Below are positions 58,418 through 64,000 of a stretch of 64,000 nt of DNA, piece by piece. The notes under the pieces were generated by a model. That model saw nothing but the letters and a program-made list of their open reading frames with translations, had not been told where the DNA came from and did no database searches. The translations under genes and the position numbers were made by a program. How positions within the stretch are numbered: position 1 is the stretch's first letter; the number at the start of each line of letters is the position of its first letter. Source of the stretch: Bacteroidota bacterium (lineage in GTDB: Bacteria > Bacteroidota > Bacteroidia > UBA7662 > CANHCV01); NCBI GenBank assembly GCA_947501265.1, contig CANMVY010000002.1, positions 226,859 through 290,858 of the forward strand, in the 5' to 3' direction.

Positions 58418-60405
58418 TCAAAAATTTCATCTTGCTCTAAGGGTTCTTCTTCAAAAATCACAGGAACGGTATCATTCAATTGAAAACCGTTCATGGCCCT
58501 GCCACTCAACCGAACCCGAGGATCAAATCCAATCGTATCTGTATCGGTTAACAACCCACGGGATGCCATTTTTTTGGTAATCACCTCGGAATGACGTACC
58601 GCATAAGGCCTTAACTCCCCAAATGCATCAAAAAAACTTCGGTATTGCTTCGGACGAGGAATTAATGTGGCCAAATAAACGCACTCAGGTAATGAAAGCT
58701 GGCTCGGTGATTTTCCGAAGTAGAAGTCCGAAGCTTCGCCCAAACCGTACACATTGGGTCCCCACTCAATCATGTTCACGTATACCTCAAACATGCGTTG
58801 TTTCGAAGAAATTCGTTGATTTTCAATCAGCCAAACGATCATGGCTTCTTCAATTTTTCGGCTTAAGGTTTTTTTCCTAGAAAGAAATAAATTCTTTACC
58901 AATTGCATGGAAATGGTACTTCCGCCCACTTTAAACTGCTTGGTTTTGTAGTTTTTGGCAATGGCATTTTTAAACGCTTCCATCACAAATCCTTTGTGTC
59001 CAAAAAAACTGGGATCTTCGCAGGTTAGAATGGCGTTTTTCAGGTAAGATGGGATTTCTGAATACCCTACAAAATAAACGTTTTCAGATCCAATAAAACG
59101 GGAACGCATGGGTTGACCGTTCTCAATGGGGGTGTATTCGAAAGGTGAATTAAAAAAATCAAGTTGGGCTTTTCCGTATCCTAATAGTTTGAATCCATCC
59201 TGATGAATTCCTGCATCAAATGTAGATTTGAAGGGTTTTTCTCCGTCCAAATGCAGGTCCAAATAAAAATCCATTTTTCCTTCGGCCTTGGTCCCTGCAA
59301 TGGAGCCAAACATTCCAGCCGGAAGCGCATTGAAAAACGTTTGTGCTTGCACCGGATAGGTTGAAATTTTTAATTGATAATCTGGATGTTCTCCGGTTTG
59401 CGCCCGAGCATACACTTTTCCGGGAATTCCGTTGAAATCAATGCTGGTCGAGCTATCAATTTCAGCAAAATCTTCTCCGAAAAGGGTAGAAAAAGATGCA
59501 TCAGCGTGGGGGATGATGACCATGGAATCGCTAAAGCGAGGGTGAAAGACTCCAAGGTTTTTGGCGGTTCCGTTCCCTCTTACTTCCAATTCTCCTCCGC
59601 CAAAATCTACATCTTCCAAACTTAAATTCAATTCAGAAAAAGCAAATTTCAATCCGAATTTCGACTCTAACAACGGCAATTGCACCCAATTTTGACCCTT
59701 AGGTTTTAAATTAAGCGTGCCGGTTAAATCCCCCCGATCCACTTCTCCGGCGATGGCCATGAAATGTCGGCCCGATCCTTCATCAAACCAGAAAGTACCT
59801 TCTAAATCTTGATCGTCTAAATTGATGCGTTCCAGATAAAAAGTAGTTAATCCATGGTTGTCTAAAAACGTTGTTTGGAAGTTAGAAACCATTAAATCGG
59901 AAGGCAAAAGGTCGAATACCTTATCGATGGAGCGGTACAAAAGCCGAGCGATGCTTCTTTTCTGAGATGGGTCTTTGGGTTCTTTCTTACCCTTTAAAAA
60001 GGTGCAAAAATTACATCCGATCGAATCGTTTTTCACGAGTTGAATTCGGCCTCCATCCGTTTCTACCGATCCGAAAAGGATTTTTCGTTGCAGCAAAGGA
60101 AGCATTCGAACACTTAACTCAAGCTTAGGAAAAAATGCCAAGGTGTCTTTTAAGGGAGAAATCAGGCAAACCTGATTCATTTCAACGGAATTGAAACCCG
60201 AAAACTGGTAGGAACCGATGGTTAGCTGAGATTGAAAATCCTGGGCTACTTTCTCTTTTGCCTTTGTGATTGCCCGATCGAGGAACGATTGTCGGAAAGT
60301 AAAATACCCACCAATTGCAAGGATAAAAATTGCTAGAAAGGTGAAACCCACAACTTTGGGCCACTTTCTTTTTCGGGAATAGAGGTTTCGAACGTAAACT
60401 GCCAA
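58414..60405 (-). CDS. membrane-anchored protein with a C-terminal GT51 peptidoglycan transglycosylase domain
   Basis: An N-terminal TM anchor and a roughly 430 aa uncharacterised region, then EDPSFFGHKGF...GGSTISMQLVKN GT51 motifs. There is no transpeptidase domain. Confidence 0.75.
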   Translation of the reverse strand: MAVYVRNLYSRKRKWPKVVGFTFLAIFILAIGGYFTFRQSFLDRAITKAKEKVAQDFQSQLTIGSYQFSGFNSVEMNQVCLISPLKDTLAFFPKLELSVRMLPLLQRKILFGSVETDGGRIQLVKNDSIGCNFCTFLKGKKEPKDPSQKRSIARLLYRSIDKVFDLLPSDLMVSNFQTTFLDNHGLTTFYLERINLDDQDLEGTFWFDEGSGRHFMAIAGEVDRGDLTGTLNLKPKGQNWVQLPLLESKFGLKFAFSELNLSLEDVDFGGGELEVRGNGTAKNLGVFHPRFSDSMVIIPHADASFSTLFGEDFAEIDSSTSIDFNGIPGKVYARAQTGEHPDYQLKISTYPVQAQTFFNALPAGMFGSIAGTKAEGKMDFYLDLHLDGEKPFKSTFDAGIHQDGFKLLGYGKAQLDFFNSPFEYTPIENGQPMRSRFIGSENVYFVGYSEIPSYLKNAILTCEDPSFFGHKGFVMEAFKNAIAKNYKTKQFKVGGSTISMQLVKNLFLSRKKTLSRKIEEAMIVWLIENQRISSKQRMFEVYVNMIEWGPNVYGLGEASDFYFGKSPSQLSLPECVYLATLIPRPKQYRSFFDAFGELRPYAVRHSEVITKKMASRGLLTDTDTIGFDPRVRLSGRAMNGFQLNDTVPVIFEEEPLEQDEIFE

Positions 60406-60413
60406 GGATAAGT

Positions 60414-62039
60414 TTATTTGGAGTATGCAATATTACCCCGAATGATGGTGTATTTCGTGGAAACGTTTGGAATTTTTTCCACAGAAATGCTCATGATGTC
60501 CTGATCAAAAACAGTGAAATGGGCCCATTTCCCTTCTTCAATGCTTCCCATTTGATCGTCCATTTGCATAGAATAGGCCGCAAATCGGGTTAATCCCAAC
60601 AAAGCTTGTTGGCGGGTTAAGGCCTCGTTCATTTGGAAGCCTCCTTGAGGTTTTCCGTCGGTGGTTTTCCGAGCAATGGCTGCATAAAACTGCAAAACCG
60701 GACGGATAGACTCCACTGGAAAATCACTTCCCAGCGGCAAAAATCCGTTGCAATCCCAAAGAGTTTTGTACTGATAACCCCGTGTAACGTAGGTACCCAA
60801 GCGATCGGGAGCCCAAGCGTGATCGCTGGTTGCATGCGAAGGCTGAACCGAAGGAATGATGGAGTACTGTTTGAAAAGGGGGAAATCGGCAGGATCAACG
60901 ATTTGGGCATGTTCTATTCTCCACCGTAGCGGGTTCCCCTTTTGAATCAATTGGGAATATATGCGAAGCACATCGCGATTAGCTGAATCGCCGATGGCGT
61001 GGGTGCACAATTGAATTCCGTTCTCCTGGCATCGGCGAGCGACTTTTTCCATGGAATCCAGGGATGTTACTCGAATTCCGTAGTAGTCGTGGCGATCGTG
61101 GTATTCGTGCTTCAGAAGCGCGCCTCTCGATCCCAATGCTCCATCAGCGTAGAGTTTTACTGATTTTACCAAAAAGCCATCTTCAACAATGGGTGATTTC
61201 AAATACTTGTTCAACGTGGTTTCATCGGTTCCATCCATCATCAAATGAAAATCCATTTTTAAATCACCGCTTTTTTTCAATTCATGCATGGCTTCGATGA
61301 TGTTGGATTTCAATCCGGCATCGTGCAAAGCCACCATGCCTTCGGCCAGACAGTTTTTTTGGGCCGATAGCAAGTATTTTACCATGTCCTCCTTCGAAGG
61401 TTGAGGAATGATATTTTGAACCAAATCCACGGCTCCATCGATCAGTAAACCAGTAAACTTTCCGTTTTCTAGTACCACCTCTCCTCCAAGGGCTGAATTG
61501 TTTTTCGCATCGACCATATTCCAAGCGACTTCATTCACCAAGGCAGCGTGTCCATCCACCCGAGTAAGGAAAACTGGTTGGGACAATTTTAAACCATTGA
61601 GCAGATTAAAATTGGGCATGGATTTGTTGGTCCATAAATTCTGATCCCAACCACGTCCGATGATCCACGGCAAGTTTGGATTTCTCTCAGCAAATTCCTC
61701 CACTCGTTGAATCATTTCTACCTCGGAAGAACATCCCCAGAGATTAACCTCGAAAAGGCCTTTGCCGTACCCGTAAAAATGGGCATGGGCATCGATTAGC
61801 CCCGGATAAACCGCTTGATTTTGCAGATCTACCGTAGAATCGGCTTTAAAACCGTTTAAAATTTCTTGATTAGACCCGGTGGCGAGAATTTTTCCGTCTT
61901 TCACGGCCACAGCTTCCACCACCAAAAAGGAGGAATCGCAAGTGTAAATTTTTCCGTGATGCAGGATGTAATCGGCCTGCGGAAGTGATTGACAAGCAGC
62001 GAAGAACATCAAAATAATTGGAAGAAGAAAGGTTTTCAT
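60414..62039 (-). CDS. amidohydrolase family lipoprotein (amidohydrolase_3 type)
   Basis: Lipobox FAACQS and the DAHAHFYG metal-binding HxH motif. Confidence 0.8.
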   Translation of the reverse strand: MKTFLLPIILMFFAACQSLPQADYILHHGKIYTCDSSFLVVEAVAVKDGKILATGSNQEILNGFKADSTVDLQNQAVYPGLIDAHAHFYGYGKGLFEVNLWGCSSEVEMIQRVEEFAERNPNLPWIIGRGWDQNLWTNKSMPNFNLLNGLKLSQPVFLTRVDGHAALVNEVAWNMVDAKNNSALGGEVVLENGKFTGLLIDGAVDLVQNIIPQPSKEDMVKYLLSAQKNCLAEGMVALHDAGLKSNIIEAMHELKKSGDLKMDFHLMMDGTDETTLNKYLKSPIVEDGFLVKSVKLYADGALGSRGALLKHEYHDRHDYYGIRVTSLDSMEKVARRCQENGIQLCTHAIGDSANRDVLRIYSQLIQKGNPLRWRIEHAQIVDPADFPLFKQYSIIPSVQPSHATSDHAWAPDRLGTYVTRGYQYKTLWDCNGFLPLGSDFPVESIRPVLQFYAAIARKTTDGKPQGGFQMNEALTRQQALLGLTRFAAYSMQMDDQMGSIEEGKWAHFTVFDQDIMSISVEKIPNVSTKYTIIRGNIAYSK

Positions 62040-62106
62040 GCTACAAAGTTAGGATGGTTTAATGGGCACTAGGCAAGAAAAAAATCAAAAAAAGTTCGCA
62101 AAAAAG

Positions 62107-62136
62107 TTTGGCAATTCGATAAAAGACCTATCTTTG
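62107..62136 (+). promoter_or_regulatory. Bacteroidota sigma-AB promoter for tRNA-Lys (-33 TTTG, -7 TATCTTTG)
   Basis: TTTG, an 18-nt spacer, then TATCTTTG, ending about 25 nt before the tRNA. Confidence 0.5.
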
Positions 62137-62161
62137 CGCCACGTTAATAAAAATAACGTTG

Positions 62162-62237
62162 GATTCCGTAGCTCAGCTGGTAGAGCAATACACTTTTAAT
62201 GTATGGGTCCTGGGTTCGAGTCCCAGCGGGATCACCA
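62162..62237 (+). tRNA. tRNA-Lys (anticodon TTT), CCA encoded
   Basis: Cloverleaf: acceptor GATTCCG/CGGGATC, D-arm GCTC-AGCTGGTA-GAGC, anticodon stem ATACA/TGTAT with loop CTTTTAA, T-arm CTGGG-TTCGAGT-CCCAG, then ACCA. Confidence 0.9.
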
Positions 62238-62244
62238 AAACAAG

Positions 62245-62282
62245 CCGTAACTTATTGATTTTCAATTGTTACGGTTTTTTTG
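62245..62282 (+). terminator. rho-independent terminator after tRNA-Lys
   Basis: ccgtaac...gttacgg stem followed by T7. Confidence 0.6.
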
Positions 62283-62289
62283 TGAGCAT

Positions 62290-62311
62290 TTTAGCCCACA
62301 TTTAGCCCACA
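62290..62311. repeat. perfect tandem direct repeat, 2 x 11 bp (TTTAGCCCACA)
   Basis: Read directly from the sequence, immediately after the tRNA-Lys terminator. A partial third copy (CACATT) follows. Confidence 0.7.
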
Positions 62312-62719
62312 TTTCTCTTTCACATTGTTAGTAACTTTCAAAGTTCAAGAAACAATTTTCCCAATTTTCAATTGACTTAGTTTACTCATTTATGCTAAGC
62401 TCTATCATTTGACATACCCATTACTTTGCCCCCAAACGTTTTTTAGCTACTAACCCATAATGCATCCAGTTTAAAAAACAAACTTCACCTTTCTTCAAAA
62501 TCATTGAGGATTTACCGAGAGCAATAATTCAAGGCAATTACATAGCTTTCAGTTAGCGGAAACCCTAAAGGAAATCCTGCAAGAACAAACTTAACGGACA
62601 TGAAGCATAATATTAACTACATCAGACAGCATCGGACGACTGACCAACACGCAGACCGACCCAATGTATTTTTATTTTTTGCCCTCCCGCATTTTTTTAA
62701 AACAATTTTATTGTCGACA

Positions 62720-62737
62720 CACATTTGGCACATTTGG
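62720..62737. repeat. perfect tandem direct repeat, 2 x 9 bp (CACATTTGG)
   Basis: Read directly from the sequence. It shares the CACATTT core with the repeat at 62290. Confidence 0.7.
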
Positions 62738-62860
62738 TTTTGCCCAACAGCACAAGCCGACCCTTCTCAAAACCAAAAGAGCCAAATTTTCCCACGCTTT
62801 GTTTGGGTTCTTTGCATCTTGACAAGTTTGATTTCCATTGAAACTTTTTCACAAATTCCA

Positions 62861-64000
62861 ATGCAAGCACCGACCGTCCCTTCACTTTCAGAAACTCGAC
62901 AGCAACAGCAGTTAAGAATAGAGCAACAAAACAGACAGTTAATGCAGCAATTTGGACACACTCCACCGCCTACACAGGCAGACATTCAAGCTGCACAACA
63001 AAGACAATTGCAAGGCAAGCCTTCTGAATTGACACCACGAATGAAAATGGAAAAGGAAATGGTTGACATTTTAAATGAAAGTCAATCCAGCAATTCAGCT
63101 AAGAATGAAAAAAGCTACTATAATTCAGCCGAATTTAAAAACGACCTTTCTAACTATATTAAGGCAAAAGACATTATCAAAGCAATGTTGAACAACCAAC
63201 AAAGTTTATCCATCAAAGACGCTTTTTATTTTTCAGAAGCTGCCTTTGGCAGCTTGCATTTGAATAATCAGGAATATAACAACACAATAAAATCAAACAC
63301 GGACTTTATTAAGCAGTGGCTGAAAGAAAACGGCTTCAATTTAACCGACCAAGAAGCATTGCATTATGGTATTCAAAAATTCATGTCCGACACTTTATTT
63401 ATTACGGTTGACGGAAAAAGGCAAGGACACGTTCCTTACTATTATGACTACATAGACGCTTTATCAGGCAAAGACAGGAGAAATTATTTTGTAACCAAAA
63501 CCATTGCAACAGGAAGCGGACAATGCCATACTTTCCCTATTATCTATTTAATTTTAGCCGAAGCACTTGGAGTTGATGCAAACTTGGCTTACAATCCTAT
63601 GCACTCGTTTATTCGTTTCAAAAACAATGCTGGAACGGTAATCAACTATGAAACAACAGTTGACAAATTTTTACCTAACTCCTTTTACATCGAATCACTT
63701 CCGGTAATGGCAGAAGCACAAAGAAACAGTTTATATGTAACAGAATTAAACAAAAAGCAAGTTGTTGCTTCTGTTTTGTTTGACTTAGCGGTTAATTTCA
63801 TTAAAGAGCATTTGTTACATGACAAGACTTTTGTTTCTGAATGTATCAGCATTGCCGAACCATTTTTTCCAAATCAAGGCTTTATAAATACGGCAAACAA
63901 TTACTTGCACAAACGATTGTATGCTGACGACTTTAACAATAAAATTCAAGAAAAAGGCATTAAAGATTTAAACGACATTCAAAAATATCCAGATGTATTT
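62861..64000 (+). CDS. Gln-rich protein with a putative transglutaminase-like (papain-fold) Cys-His-Asn core; partial, running off the window end
   Basis: Open frame from the ATG at 62861 to the window end (at least 380 aa), missing from the ORF track because it has no stop in the window. It has a QQQQLRIEQQNRQLMQQ N-terminus. The GSGQCHTFP (Cys) - 27 aa - HSFIRF (His) - 15 aa - NYE spacing mimics the TGase-like triad. The frame also stays open upstream to 62600 across a hydrophobic stretch (VWVLCILTSLI), so the start is uncertain. Confidence 0.5.
   Translation, partial: MQAPTVPSLSETRQQQQLRIEQQNRQLMQQFGHTPPPTQADIQAAQQRQLQGKPSELTPRMKMEKEMVDILNESQSSNSAKNEKSYYNSAEFKNDLSNYIKAKDIIKAMLNNQQSLSIKDAFYFSEAAFGSLHLNNQEYNNTIKSNTDFIKQWLKENGFNLTDQEALHYGIQKFMSDTLFITVDGKRQGHVPYYYDYIDALSGKDRRNYFVTKTIATGSGQCHTFPIIYLILAEALGVDANLAYNPMHSFIRFKNNAGTVINYETTVDKFLPNSFYIESLPVMAEAQRNSLYVTELNKKQVVASVLFDLAVNFIKEHLLHDKTFVSECISIAEPFFPNQGFINTANNYLHKRLYADDFNNKIQEKGIKDLNDIQKYPDVF

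Noticed and set aside
62290-62737. Possibility that the tandem repeats form a CRISPR array
   Set aside because: There are only two copies each, the units are 9-11 bp with no spacers, and there are no cas genes. This is not a CRISPR array.
62697-62985. Two minus-strand ORFs encoding extremely Cys-rich peptides (CCCC runs)
   Set aside because: They are the antisense image of the GCA/ACA/CAA-rich N-terminal coding region of the plus-strand Gln-rich gene (the reverse complement of ACA/GCA is TGT/TGC). There is no independent support, so they are an artefact.
1-64000. Search for transposases, integrases, restriction-modification, toxin-antitoxin or other defence hallmarks
   Set aside because: No ORF in the six-frame track shows DDE/tyrosine-recombinase, methyltransferase (DPPY/FxGxG), nuclease-helicase or reverse-transcriptase motifs. 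The only mobility hint is the tRNA-Lys-adjacent region, which is reported as a finding rather than a feature.

Overview
This is a 64 kb chromosomal segment that looks like it comes from a Bacteroidota (Flavobacteriia-like) genome. The taxon call rests on sigma-AB type -7 boxes (TAnnTTTG) placed about 19-22 nt ahead of several starts, little sign of Shine-Dalgarno, CxxC/TlpA/Omp28-like lipoproteins, POT transporters and a gmk-yicC operon. The window is densely coding on both strands (about 58 CDS), with two tRNAs (tRNA-Pro-TGG on the minus strand, tRNA-Lys-TTT on the plus strand) and several clear rho-independent terminators. Most of the content is housekeeping: mutS, serS, tkt, udk, gmk, rpiB, tatC, clpC, mpl, folB, cutC, acyl-CoA dehydrogenase and uridine kinase. 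Three regions stand out. The first is a cell-envelope glycan cluster at about 46.2-56.7 kb (epimerase, three GT4, three GT2, LptF/G) with an embedded multi-PAS/H-box/receiver protein that has no room for an ATPase domain. The second is a block at 21.2-27.6 kb holding a GT2 fused to a polytopic membrane domain, a serine hydrolase, a large 6-TM protein and a geranylgeranyl-reductase-like flavoprotein. The third is the 3' end of the window: tRNA-Lys is followed by an unusually long (about 620 bp) AT-rich non-coding stretch with two tandem direct repeats, then a truncated gene for a Gln-rich protein with a transglutaminase-like Cys-His-Asn arrangement. This is a candidate tRNA-associated acquired segment. 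I found no CRISPR array, transposase or integrase, and no hallmark defence-system protein (RT, cyclase, nuclease-helicase pairs). The candidate novelties below are inferences drawn from domain logic and sequence motifs. They are not database-confirmed.
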